From NCBI GenBank assembly GCA_027262695.1, contig GCA_027262695.1_4722.1: DNA of 64,000 bases; one strand, 5' to 3'. How positions within the stretch are numbered: the first letter of the stretch is position 1; the number at the start of each line of letters is the position of its first letter. Source of the DNA: a phage. The notes beneath the pieces were generated by a model. The model did not search any database and was not told where the DNA came from. It was given only the letters and a program-made list of their open reading frames with translations. Shown here in pieces: positions 18,082 to 27,586 of this stretch. The position numbers were made by a program, and so were the translations under genes.

Positions 18082-19227
18082 TTATAGCGGTAACGTATCA
18101 AGCCATGCAGAAACCTTCAGGGCATCAACGTTCGGATATTTATTGCGTACACGTTCAACCAATAAACGCTTCACGTTGTCTTTTGTCAAGTCTCCACCTT
18201 TCTCGATAACATTGTTAACAAAACTGTTCTTTAATAACGATTGGTTATTTTTGGCATCGGTTTTAATCGACCAAATGAAACCTGGGTATAAAGCAGGAAT
18301 AGAACGGAACGTTTTCGCTGCATCATCTTCCTTATCGCAACGGATTCGGATATGATCCCCTTTTTTCAATGAAGCAAGTTCCCGTTCCAAAACCCGTACG
18401 ATTTCATCGCCAACAAGACCATGCAATTTTATCGTCTTGTAGACATCGGCTTTCTTGTTCTCAACGAACTCCCATTGGTCATTGAACGATTCGGTTAATG
18501 CGTATCGAAGATAACCTTTCGGACCTTCTTCTCCATGCGCAAGACGTCCGAACGAACCTCCCACCATGATACGCCCTTTCTGCGACTGTAAGTGAATATG
18601 TCCACTTACAATCCATCCTTGCGTTTTCTCCACCATCGCATTATACGCATCGCTACTATGCACACACGTTGCTTTTAACGCTTCTGGTGGTAGCTGATAT
18701 TCAAACGCACCATGCATCAGAATAAAGTCAGGTGATCCTTTCTCGTCAATGAGTTTGTTCACTGCTGCTAACGTGACGTCTGGGTCATGGCTGTAGTTAT
18801 CAGGAAGATAAAGCACTTTCAACCCGAAGTCTTCATCGACCATGCAGAGATCGTCATAGTAACGAACTTTCGCACCGATTTCCATGACTTCATTCTGTTC
18901 CACAAACCACTGGCTTTGCTTCTGATCGTGTAAGTTGGTGCCCTCAAGAAAGATCAACGTAATATCGTGTTTTCTTGCGTATCTTAACAGCCAGGTACCC
19001 CAGGCACGAACAGCAACCACATCGCTTGTTACAAAGGTCGTAATACGGTCGAAGACATCACCACTGAATGTAATCACGTCGAGTAACGCCGGGTCCTCTT
19101 TCGTGATGTAATAACGCAGCTGGCTAATCAGGTTTACCGTTGGCGTTTGACGATGGATAAAATGAATATCCGATAAATTGATTCCTCGTAATACCCCAGG
19201 CGTTTTATTTCGGCTGAAGTCTCGCAT
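18082..19227 (-). CDS. Mre11/SbcD-like metallophosphoesterase nuclease
   Basis: Calcineurin-like phosphoesterase motifs in canonical order: 'LSDIHF', 'GDVFDR', 'GTNLHD', 'MHGAFE', 'GHIH'. Confidence 0.65.
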   Translation of the reverse strand: MRDFSRNKTPGVLRGINLSDIHFIHRQTPTVNLISQLRYYITKEDPALLDVITFSGDVFDRITTFVTSDVVAVRAWGTWLLRYARKHDITLIFLEGTNLHDQKQSQWFVEQNEVMEIGAKVRYYDDLCMVDEDFGLKVLYLPDNYSHDPDVTLAAVNKLIDEKGSPDFILMHGAFEYQLPPEALKATCVHSSDAYNAMVEKTQGWIVSGHIHLQSQKGRIMVGGSFGRLAHGEEGPKGYLRYALTESFNDQWEFVENKKADVYKTIKLHGLVGDEIVRVLERELASLKKGDHIRIRCDKEDDAAKTFRSIPALYPGFIWSIKTDAKNNQSLLKNSFVNNVIEKGGDLTKDNVKRLLVERVRNKYPNVDALKVSAWLDTLPL

Positions 19228-20003
19228 TAGAATTCCTCTAAATCGTTGCTGCTGATCGTCCCGGTTGTCGACGGAATATTGCTACGACCTGCTGTTGTCG
19301 AAGCCGGTGCGGCCAGGTTCAGTCCGTTCAATAACCCACGCTCTTTTACCGTACGACGTGAGCCGTCACGAACATCATAAAGAGGTACGTTATAATGGTC
19401 GAAAATCCGAAGCCATTGTACGTAATCCGCAACCACATGTTCTTTGCTCTCGTTCGGTGCAAAACGATCGAGTTGGTGGTCAACGTAAGCTTTTGCGCTT
19501 TCAGGATTGAAATTGTACTGTCGGCGGGCCTTGTCCACCATCGCAAGAAAACAGGTGTTAGGGTCGCGGTTGATATACGAACGCGTTCTGATGAAAATCG
19601 CTGGGACCGTAAACAGAACCTTGTTGTTATTTCCATCAGCAACAATGTTAACAGCACGGTGTGGCTGACCGGCGATTTTACACCAGTCATGAACGATGGT
19701 GCTATTACTCAGCATCTCTGCGTATTCAGGGTCCTGCGAAAACATGCCTGCGAACGGATGCAGGAAATGTCTCACGAACAACGATTCAGGCAGGATGTTG
19801 GGACGCGTCATCTCCTGTAACCCTTTTCGTAGAAGCTCGCTGTTGTCGACTAACTCCTGCCATATGTCCGGTCGTGTTTTCGGAATCGAAGGATCCTGAG
19901 CGCGACGGATACGTTCTTCCTCGTTTACAACCACTACCCCAGCCGGATACCCTAGTAAATCCGTTCCTTCGTTAACGTTGCTGTTAGTTTGGCGCGCCTT
20001 CAT
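19227..20003 (-). CDS. hypothetical protein (258 aa)
   Basis: ORF on the dominant strand. Confidence 0.5.
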   Translation of the reverse strand: MKARQTNSNVNEGTDLLGYPAGVVVVNEEERIRRAQDPSIPKTRPDIWQELVDNSELLRKGLQEMTRPNILPESLFVRHFLHPFAGMFSQDPEYAEMLSNSTIVHDWCKIAGQPHRAVNIVADGNNNKVLFTVPAIFIRTRSYINRDPNTCFLAMVDKARRQYNFNPESAKAYVDHQLDRFAPNESKEHVVADYVQWLRIFDHYNVPLYDVRDGSRRTVKERGLLNGLNLAAPASTTAGRSNIPSTTGTISSNDLEEF

Positions 20004-20391
20004 TTACTTCCTCCTGCCATTTAACAAAGTTACCGCGTTCAGATCGCAAAACACCGCTTAAATCGTACGACATGCCTTTCTCTGTGACAATCCCTCCAAT
20101 CTGGAGATCGACACGTTCCGTCGTTGAATCAATATACTTAACACGGACTTTTAGTTCCACGCGATCATAATACCGCATTAAATAGTCGTACAACATTCGA
20201 TACGTCGCATCTTCTAATTTAGGTGCGCTGTATTGCGATGTTGCAATCAGGTACGGTAATGAAACGATGGAACCTTGGTAACAATACGATTGGGAGTAGT
20301 TCGATATTGCAAAATTGGTCATGAGTCCATCTAGCTTCTTACCTGACGCTGTTAAAAAGCTTGATAGTCCTGGTAATGGATTCGACGCCAT
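19984..20391 (-). CDS. hypothetical protein (about 135 aa)
   Basis: Start trimmed to the internal ATG at 20389-20391, preceded by GAGGAG; the track start at 20619 would overlap the upstream gene by about 215 nt. Confidence 0.45.
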   Translation of the reverse strand: MASNPLPGLSSFLTASGKKLDGLMTNFAISNYSQSYCYQGSIVSLPYLIATSQYSAPKLEDATYRMLYDYLMRYYDRVELKVRVKYIDSTTERVDLQIGGIVTEKGMSYDLSGVLRSERGNFVKWQEEVNEGAPN

Positions 20392-20404
20392 GAGGAACTC
20401 CTCG

Positions 20405-20857
20405 TTATTTTCGGTTGAGCGCTGCCAGCGTTTCGTAATCAGGCATGTGCCCCAATTGAAGATCAACAGGAACAGATGTTTGTGCCGCTGGTCCGTGGAA
20501 TATTCGTTTATGCATATCGATATACCCGCATTCCAAACAAACAACATCAGCCAATTCCGACGGGTGATGTGGCGGGTCAATCCGTAAACGTTTATAATAT
20601 TCCAACTGCCACCAGGCATGGAAATAGTTGTTGTATGCTGCTGACTTCTGGTTCGCGCATTTAAGTCCGTAAAGCACCCAAAGCTCAGCCATGAATTTCT
20701 TCATGTTTTCAATCGCGGGTACATCAGGTTTCATCACGGTAGAAATAAAAAGCAACGGTGAGTTATTATCACCAAAACAACCTTGTAGTGTATTACCAAA
20801 ACGTTCAATATCCAGGCAAAGATACTCGCTTGATTTACCCTCAAAATGAACCGTCAT
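20405..20857 (-). CDS. hypothetical protein (150 aa)
   Basis: ORF on the dominant strand. Confidence 0.5.
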   Translation of the reverse strand: MTVHFEGKSSEYLCLDIERFGNTLQGCFGDNNSPLLFISTVMKPDVPAIENMKKFMAELWVLYGLKCANQKSAAYNNYFHAWWQLEYYKRLRIDPPHHPSELADVVCLECGYIDMHKRIFHGPAAQTSVPVDLQLGHMPDYETLAALNRK

Positions 20858-20981
20858 CGATATCTCCCATTAAAAACGTTTTCTATTTCATAGAGTGCTG
20901 GAAATTCGTAGAAAATTACAAAAAGAAAAAGAAGGGCGCGGCCCCTCCCCACCCGAGGGCAGGGAGAAACCGCAGATATAA

Positions 20982-21446
20982 TTAGACCAGCGCCGCGATA
21001 ACGTCGTTGACGTTGCGGCCGCGTAATTCAGCCGCTAAGCGAATCACTTCATCCAGGGAACGCGTTGTACGAATCTTGGCCACTTTCCAATTTTCAGGAT
21101 ACTGTTCGAAGTTCAGCAGCCAGGTCATGACTTTCGCTTGTTCCACACCGTTCAGCTTGATGGTCGTACGCGGATTGGCTTTAAACCACTTCTTGCTTAA
21201 CTGTGCCATACGGCGAACAGGGTAAGCATAAGCGCGAGTCCAGTCTTTGGACAGATTGTCGAGTAATTCACGATAGCTGCTGTCGTAGTCTTTGTTAATA
21301 CGACGTAACAGCCAGTTGGCGGTCATCTGGTAGAGTTTATCGTCTTCACGTAAACGCATACCTGCCATCGCTAAATAAACAATAAGGCCCGCACCCATAA
21401 TCAGAGACAGGATAAACAGAATTTGAGTTTCTTGAGCTAATGTCAT
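20982..21446 (-). CDS. putative membrane protein with one N-terminal transmembrane helix
   Basis: Start trimmed to the Met at 21444-21446 (GAGGAT RBS); hydrophobic segment 'ILFILSLIMGAGLIVYLAMAG'. Confidence 0.45.
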   Translation of the reverse strand: MTLAQETQILFILSLIMGAGLIVYLAMAGMRLREDDKLYQMTANWLLRRINKDYDSSYRELLDNLSKDWTRAYAYPVRRMAQLSKKWFKANPRTTIKLNGVEQAKVMTWLLNFEQYPENWKVAKIRTTRSLDEVIRLAAELRGRNVNDVIAALV

Positions 21447-21573
21447 TTTACTATCCTCGGATTTATTAGGATTTGATTTCCAATATAAGGACAACGCCTT
21501 ATACAGTCGATTGATGTTGTACATCGCATCTGTGATGTATCACAGAAGTAATATAGCCGTGAAAATTATTGTA

Positions 21574-22413
21574 TTAACGTGTTCTCCTGTCACGATGGGT
21601 ATATGACTGTAATCCGATGTCCATATGCGGTAACGTCAATGTTTGCCAGATCTGTTGTGCGTAGCGATCGAGTGTATAGTCGTTGGTAACGCAGTCAACC
21701 GGTTCAATGAGATGCGTCGTGTATTGACTTTTCTCTGAAAACGGATCAACGTTAGCAGTATCTCCTAGTCCGCTTTTCACCGTGAAAACAAGACGAGTAA
21801 CCACCATCGCTTTACGTTGTTGCTCGTTATAACGAAGGCCACGATAAATCGCATAGCTCGCGCCTTTCAGGCTTCGGGTATAACGAAGGTCAGACGTCGT
21901 CCCGCCAATTTGATGCAACATCCAGTCTAATGTATCCCGCCAGTATTTATCATCCGTGTCAGGTACCTCGATACCGTAACGGGTAGGAAGCAGATCCAAA
22001 AGCAGTTTGTAGAGTCCACGACGCAAACCGTGTTCTTCTGTTTCTGATAATGTGTTTCCTCCAACATAACGAGAAATACGTGTTCGTAAATACGCACGAA
22101 TAAACATGCACGTCATTACTGTTTTCGAGTGGCTGGTGATGTCTTCAAAAGTATCAACACTGAAACTCGTTTCGATCAATCGTCCGTTAAAGTACAATGC
22201 AGCTACATACATCGCGCTACTGCTGTCTCGGTCGATGTTCAAACGACCGCAGATATTGGCTGCGTCGTTCATGGTAAATTCGAGTTTGTCGTGTTCAATA
22301 TGGTAGATAATATCTTCTTGGGTTGCCAGGCTCGCAATACGACGATAGCCTGGAGTAGTACGTTTAACGCTCATAATGGTCCTCGATTTCAATTTTAGGA
22401 TTACAGACGGCAT
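21574..22413 (-). CDS. hypothetical protein (279 aa)
   Basis: ORF on the dominant strand. Confidence 0.5.
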   Translation of the reverse strand: MPSVILKLKSRTIMSVKRTTPGYRRIASLATQEDIIYHIEHDKLEFTMNDAANICGRLNIDRDSSSAMYVAALYFNGRLIETSFSVDTFEDITSHSKTVMTCMFIRAYLRTRISRYVGGNTLSETEEHGLRRGLYKLLLDLLPTRYGIEVPDTDDKYWRDTLDWMLHQIGGTTSDLRYTRSLKGASYAIYRGLRYNEQQRKAMVVTRLVFTVKSGLGDTANVDPFSEKSQYTTHLIEPVDCVTNDYTLDRYAQQIWQTLTLPHMDIGLQSYTHRDRRTR

Positions 22414-22425
22414 AAACCCTCCCCG

Positions 22426-22452
22426 CGCTATGCAGGGAGGGTAGCCATTGGT
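22426..22452 (-). terminator. Hairpin ACCCTCCCC / GGGAGGGT
   Basis: GC-rich inverted repeat between minus-strand genes. Confidence 0.4.
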
Positions 22453-22464
22453 TGTCTTCGCCGG

Positions 22465-23103
22465 TTAGCCTAATTTACCTCCGGCGATGTTCGTGAAGTC
22501 TTCACCATCAGGGACCTGCAACAGAATACGTGCCATGTCCCAGTTGGTCAATGTGATTGCTTTATCATCGATACTCAGTTCTGGTAGGTCGAGCTCATGA
22601 TCATCGAACTCGTAGGAAATGCTCCATGTTTCATCAGTTTTAGGATCAGTTATCAGCACACCGTCTGTTACACGCATGTAATCAGGGTGCAGCTCATTAC
22701 TGAACGTGCTGAACGGATCGGTGTAACATTCAGCATAACCCTCGATCTGCTGACGCTGTGCCTTCGTACGTAACTCAGGACACGCCATGATCAGCTGTCG
22801 GGAAATGCCGTTCGCCGCTCGGAAATCTTCCACGGTGATACACGGCATCACCACGTCGTCATGGAAGATATTCTCCGACTGTCTCAACAAGGTCTTACGA
22901 AGTTCAGTATAGTTGATCTGATTGAACGTATCGAATGTTGCTAACGATTCCGCGTAAAAATGCTTTACGTGTTCGTTTGCGCCACCGAGACTGTTCATCA
23001 GCTTATGACCATACTCCATAAAGCTTTTATCGAGCCCAGTATTCATTTCTCCGAACCGTAGTGCACGATAGCTGTCTCGTCCACCTGTAAATATTTGCGC
23101 CAT
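22465..23103 (-). CDS. possible RNAP beta subunit C-terminal piece (GEME-like motif) / hypothetical protein
   Basis: N-terminus 'FTGGRDSYRALRFGEMNTGLDKSFMEYGH' resembles beta 'FGGQRFGEMEVWALEAYGA'. Strong AAAGGAGG RBS; directly downstream of the beta-prime N-terminal gene. Confidence 0.35.
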   Translation of the reverse strand: MAQIFTGGRDSYRALRFGEMNTGLDKSFMEYGHKLMNSLGGANEHVKHFYAESLATFDTFNQINYTELRKTLLRQSENIFHDDVVMPCITVEDFRAANGISRQLIMACPELRTKAQRQQIEGYAECYTDPFSTFSNELHPDYMRVTDGVLITDPKTDETWSISYEFDDHELDLPELSIDDKAITLTNWDMARILLQVPDGEDFTNIAGGKLG

Positions 23104-23118
23104 TACAGGCGTCCTCCT

Positions 23119-23356
23119 TTAGCATTGGTTATTGATTGCTTCTATTTCATCGATATACGGTTCTACGTCATCGCCCTCCACGAATTCGTTGAACCAACAG
23201 TCAATCGTTGAGATAACCGGTGACTGATGTTCACATTTCTTAGATACCTTAAACGGAACGTTGTTATCCATCATACCGAGTTCGGGTCGGAATCGCCCGA
23301 AATGTTTCGCAGTCCAAATGTCTGGGACGATATGGTTGTTCATAGCGTCTCCGTCG
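23119..23356 (-). CDS. RNAP beta-prime N-terminal subunit, downstream exon (boundary approximate)
   Basis: The frame upstream of the annotated Met reads 'SDGDAMNNHIVPDIW...GMMDNNVPF', matching beta-prime 'DGDQMAVHVPL...LMMSTNNILSP' immediately after NADFDGD. The 5' boundary depends on the 3' splice site (candidates 23356-23370). Confidence 0.55.
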
Positions 23357-24248
23357 CTGTTTGTCGACTATATCTTCATCTTCATTGCGAAGAGACTCTC
23401 GTTTGGGTTTGTGTTTAACAAAGCCTACTCTACTCAACATCGCGTCTTTCGATAGTCTGTGAGCACACATCTTAACGAATATTCGTGGGTTCCTACAGAC
23501 AGGTGAATATTCTTGTTGAGATGCTTCGCTGCGGATTATTCCCGTCCTACCTCTTTTACCATACCCAGTTCATTACGCTGGCCCTCATCGATGTCACCAT
23601 GATGAGTTGGTGTGTAGTCCGATTACAGAAACTTCCCGTCAATTAGAGAGTTTTAACTATGCTCCTGTTACCAGGAACCAGATCCCGACGGTATCAATAA
23701 ATCAACGTAAGTTATTGATTTAATTGAAAAAACTGAAATCTGCATTATCTTAATCTTCGATATGGTTCGCTAAGCCATATCCGCACATACGTGCAGCTTA
23801 CGTCTTTCACGTAAGAAGAGACTATATCTTTCACCCTCAGCTTTACCTGTTAGGGGCTCCCATTTCGGCGGTCGTTTGACCGGTGGTTTCCCACGCCGCT
23901 TGGCCCTAACGCCCGTGAGCGATAGTCGTTGAGCACATCTCCGTTCTGGAGACTTCGCTGCGGATTCCTCAATCCTTACTGCTTTTACCGTACCTGAATG
24001 ATTAGTTCAGCCCCACGCTCTGTTCCCAGGCATGGTTGGTGAGCAAGGCTCTAAGTAGGTTCCCGCTATTAGAGAGTTCCTCGTGACAGCATTACTGTGT
24101 CACTGGGCCTAATGACCCTTTCAAGATCATCACGCTTAACCCGATGGTGTTATCCTGCGGGTCGCGTTTAACCTTGGTGATTTCAAGACATTGGTTACTG
24201 CTACGGTCAAGTGATGGATTTCGAACAAAGCCACACACAATCCCATCG
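23357..24248 (-). ncRNA. Two tandem ORF-less group I intron cores inside the beta-prime N-terminal gene (boundaries approximate)
   Basis: Minus-strand elements for core 1: P AATAGCGGGAA (24060-24070), Q AATCCGCAGC (23957-23966), R GCTCAACGACTATC (23921-23934), S AAGATATAGTC (23820-23830). Core 2: P AATTGACGGGAAG (23632-23644), Q AATCCGCAGC (23528-23537), R GCTCACAGACTATC (23451-23464), S AAGATATAGTC (23366-23376). Stops in all frames; no ORF over 70 aa. Confidence 0.65.
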
Positions 24249-25357
24249 AACGGTGTATCAGCAATAAGCTCGTCATGCAGCTCGCTCATCATCGGATGAT
24301 AATTGCGGACATGCTCTGCAACGAACGCACGGGCTGCTCTTGGTGAATAACCACGATGGAATAACTTGGATTGGATATGTTCTTTATTGGTTAGTGTAAA
24401 TGGTGCGTACGGAAAATGCAGATGATAATAACGATGGTTTGCTGTTATCGAACTGATGACCGTACGTGTGGTGAATGGATGTAATGTACCTAATATGTTC
24501 TTACGTGTGATCCCTTTCTTCTTACCAATGAACTCATCGAAAATCGCCGAGTGATACTGCAACAGCTTCAATTGCACTTTCGCCATCCAGTTTTCTTTCT
24601 TTCTGGCGCTTAGTGGCGTGGTTGGATGATAGATGCTATTCAATGTTCCGATGGCGTCTATCGCACCTTCCATTTTGCTGTCAGCGTAACGTCCTGTTGG
24701 CGTGTTCTCGATCACGAACATCATGGCTGCAGGAAAGCTGATGTACTGACTGAAGAATTTATCCCGATGAATACGGATGAATTCGCGTAGCGTATCAACC
24801 TTCTCCATGTTCTTCGGTCCACGTAGTGTGGGTCCTTTATACAAGATCTCCATGATACGATCGAAGTTCTGTATAAAGCTATTTATACCGCGTCGTATTC
24901 CGAATACATCGAATTGCTGTTCCAGATAGTTCTTAAGTTCGATCGGTCGTTTTACGTTCGGACGGTAACTGGCATCAATGAGCCACGTCATCGTTTCAAA
25001 GCTTTTGATATTCAACTCGCTTGCCAGCACGAGATGGACCAACGGGTTAATGAACGCATCGATACCTTCCGGTACGCGCGCCCAGACCGTTGAACGAATC
25101 TCTTGTTCTGCTGGATAAGTGACAACCGTTTTACAGTTCGGGCACACCGTCCCTAATAACTCACCGCGATTATAGAAACCACAACCGCATTGCGGGGTGA
25201 TATCCAAGGTATCGCTCGAGTAAACACGGGTGATGAAACTGTTTAATTTCTTCTTCTCTTCCACGACCTTCGTATCATAATCGTTCAACAATATCGGCGT
25301 AAAAGGAAGTTCTGCGAGCTGTCTATCGAAACTGACGATATCGAGCATGATGGCCAT
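24249..25357 (-). CDS. RNAP beta-prime N-terminal subunit, upstream exon (3' boundary approximate)
   Basis: Zinc ribbon 'CGCGFYNRGELLGTVCPNC' matches the spacing of E. coli beta-prime 'CLCGKYKRLKHRGVICEKC'; 'HPMMSELHDELIAD' resembles 'HPLVCAAYNAD'. The ORF reads on into the intron ('TPFDGIVCG...') to a stop at 24092. Confidence 0.6.
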
Positions 25358-25399
25358 GGGGTATCTCCTGCAAATGAAAAAGAACGTTAGGACGTATAA

Positions 25400-25424
25400 G
25401 GGAGGGAGGTTGCCCTCCCTCCCG
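25400..25424 (-). terminator. Hairpin GGGAGGGAGG / CCTCCCTCCC
   Basis: 10 bp GC-rich stem directly downstream of the 632 aa gene, followed on the minus strand by a T-rich tract. Confidence 0.55.
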
Positions 25425-25449
25425 TCAGTTTACATCGAACGTTCTTCCA

Positions 25450-27348
25450 TTAGAACAGGTTGAATGCCCCGCCCATGCCGTTACCGCCCACATTCGGACG
25501 ATCGTTACGTGCGTAGATGTTGCCGCTGATGGTACCCAGACCGCGAGCACGTGCTGCCATGTTACCACGAACAGCGGTGCCTGCCAGATGCTGGATGTTC
25601 TCAGGACGGATGGTGAAGCCTGCTTCAGCAGCCGCTTCAATCAGTGCCTGCAACGCCAGCGGATCGAAATCATAACGCATCGCCCAGCCGGTTTGTTCCC
25701 AGCTACCAGACAGAACGCGGTCGATGATTTCGTGACGAGCAACCACACGCTGAGACATCGACATATCGGTACGGTCGAAGCTGTCTTCCCAAGCTTCTAC
25801 GGTATCCGGGTTGGTGATGTTCATCATGTACAGATCGTCCATATCACGAATATCGTGACGGTTACCGTCCTGGTGGTTGTAGTGACCCAGCGGGATACGG
25901 TTACCGGTCGCGTAGACCAGCGGTGAGCCGTACGGATATTTCTTGCTGAAGCAACCCAGGGTAACATCATCGAACGCACGGAAGAGGGCTTTGTAGCCTT
26001 CGGAGTATTCCTGTACGTCCCCTTCAACATTACCCGAGAAGATCTTCTCAGCCGCCGGGATCATACGCAGCAGCCAGCTGTACTCGCCTTCTTCTGGTAC
26101 ATCGATAGAGATCAGCAGAGACGGATACAGAACCTGTTGCAGGAACTTGTAAATCTGCTCGTTGGTTTGCGTAGACAGATCCAGCGGTGCAGTCACTTCA
26201 GGATCCAGCACCATCGCCAGAGCACCTGGGTTATGCGGACCAATACCACGAGCCGCGTTGCTGATTAAAGACTGTGCCCATGCCATGCCGCTGTTCAGCG
26301 TAGCGATGGTACCAATCAGACCCAGCACGAAGCTGTTCGGCGTGAACGCATCCAGTTCCAGCGGATACATGCTGGTCATTACGTAGCGCGGCTGGTACTG
26401 AACAGTTGGCGGTACCGGATAACCGTTAACCAGAACAGGACCTTGCTGGAAGGTCGGGTTCTGCGGGCTGTAGGTCAGATCGATATAACCGGTGGATGCA
26501 ACCAGACGCTGCTGGCTATCGTAATCGCCCATCGCTTGACGGATGCGGTTAGAGATAGTTACAGTAATGTCGGAGCGTACCGGGTTACCCGCGATATCAC
26601 TGTCCTGCATGCCGCTGGTGTTATACTGAACGCTGCTGATCGGCTGGTCGCTTGCCATCATACCCAGGTTGAACTGAGGCAGGCCCAGTCTGTCAGCAAA
26701 ACGCATTTCGGTTGCCGTCTGGATCGCGTTATCTGCTGCAGACAGCAGGGTGGTTGCCAGATGCGCAGATTCAGCAGTGATTTCATTGGTCACAACAGCC
26801 AGACCAGCGATACGTACCGTACCGTTGGCTTTACCACCGATAGCCGCATACATCGCTGCCATGACTTCGTTGATGAACGTGCCGTTCAGGTTATCCACCC
26901 AAGTACATGGTACCAGGATGTTACCGTGAGGACCACGTTCTTCACGACGTGGCAGCGGAGCCAGGCCAGCAACCAGCGGAAGGACGTAACCGAAGAAGTG
27001 GTTATGATCGCCCACTTTTACACCGCTCATCACAACCAGGGTCGGATACGGTACGCTGTACTGGTTCGGGTCAACCGCAACAAAGATGAAGTCGTCTTTG
27101 AACTGGGTATCTTCCAGATATTTCTCCATCAGACGACGGAGATTCAGTACCTGCTCGGAGCCGGTATTACGGCTGATACGACGGCTCAGTGTACGGTTGA
27201 TCGTACGCATCGTATGAGTTACTTTAGGACGGTCAGCAAAATCTGCAGCGGTTTCGACCGCTTCGTTAGCGCGCTGCGCCGCGCGGGTTTCAGCTACGCG
27301 GATGTCTACGTTATCGTTACCGTTATTGTTACGTACGTCTAAGCCCAT
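25450..27348 (-). CDS. chmA: candidate chimallin (phage nucleus shell protein) / abundant 632 aa protein
   Basis: The 632 aa size matches known chimallins; the gene lies immediately upstream of the beta-prime N-terminal gene (the gp54-gp55 arrangement of phiKZ as I recall it) and within about 8 kb of PhuZ. It has an AAGAGGA RBS and the conserved 11-mer upstream. No alignment was performed. Confidence 0.45.
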   Translation of the reverse strand: MGLDVRNNNGNDNVDIRVAETRAAQRANEAVETAADFADRPKVTHTMRTINRTLSRRISRNTGSEQVLNLRRLMEKYLEDTQFKDDFIFVAVDPNQYSVPYPTLVVMSGVKVGDHNHFFGYVLPLVAGLAPLPRREERGPHGNILVPCTWVDNLNGTFINEVMAAMYAAIGGKANGTVRIAGLAVVTNEITAESAHLATTLLSAADNAIQTATEMRFADRLGLPQFNLGMMASDQPISSVQYNTSGMQDSDIAGNPVRSDITVTISNRIRQAMGDYDSQQRLVASTGYIDLTYSPQNPTFQQGPVLVNGYPVPPTVQYQPRYVMTSMYPLELDAFTPNSFVLGLIGTIATLNSGMAWAQSLISNAARGIGPHNPGALAMVLDPEVTAPLDLSTQTNEQIYKFLQQVLYPSLLISIDVPEEGEYSWLLRMIPAAEKIFSGNVEGDVQEYSEGYKALFRAFDDVTLGCFSKKYPYGSPLVYATGNRIPLGHYNHQDGNRHDIRDMDDLYMMNITNPDTVEAWEDSFDRTDMSMSQRVVARHEIIDRVLSGSWEQTGWAMRYDFDPLALQALIEAAAEAGFTIRPENIQHLAGTAVRGNMAARARGLGTISGNIYARNDRPNVGGNGMGGAFNLF

Positions 27349-27416
27349 TTGGGAATCCTCTTTTTCTTAACTTTTAAATGACGTCATTGAATCAGCTTTT
27401 TCTCGCTCATTCACCT

Positions 27417-27427
27417 AGGTAATATAA
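27417..27427 (-). promoter_or_regulatory. Candidate phage promoter element TTATATTACCT (minus-strand sense)
   Basis: About 70 nt upstream of the 632 aa gene start at 27348, inside a 238 bp AT-rich divergent intergenic region; identical 11-mer at 16270-16280. Confidence 0.35.
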
Positions 27428-27586
27428 CCCTGAAATTTTTTTCAATATTGGTGTAACCGTATTGAACGATATAAACCCCCAGGTGAATGCTGCCGAGAAG
27501 CAACATTCTATCTACATATAATCAGGATATGTCTGTAAACTTTTACTTCTCGTCATATCCGTTTACTATCTTCTTACGGAGTTCGT

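Noticed and set aside
23227-23470. Small ORFs inside the beta-prime intron region as homing endonuclease genes
   Set aside because: All are under 70 aa, overlap conserved intron elements and show no HNH, GIY-YIG or LAGLIDADG motifs; the introns appear ORF-less.
24092-24256. The 3' tail of ORF 24092-25357 ('TPFDGIVCGFVRNPSL...') as coding sequence
   Set aside because: It lies within the group I intron region (the P element is at 24060-24070) and bears no resemblance to beta-prime after the catalytic motif, whereas the downstream frame does; treated as intronic read-through. The exact first intron nucleotide remains uncertain.
26443-27342. Plus-strand 299 aa ORF, and similar antisense ORFs (e.g. 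2318-2632, 6158-6640, 8900-9583, 53752-54333)
   Set aside because: Fully nested antisense to longer ORFs with recognisable products or better coding context; treated as spurious.
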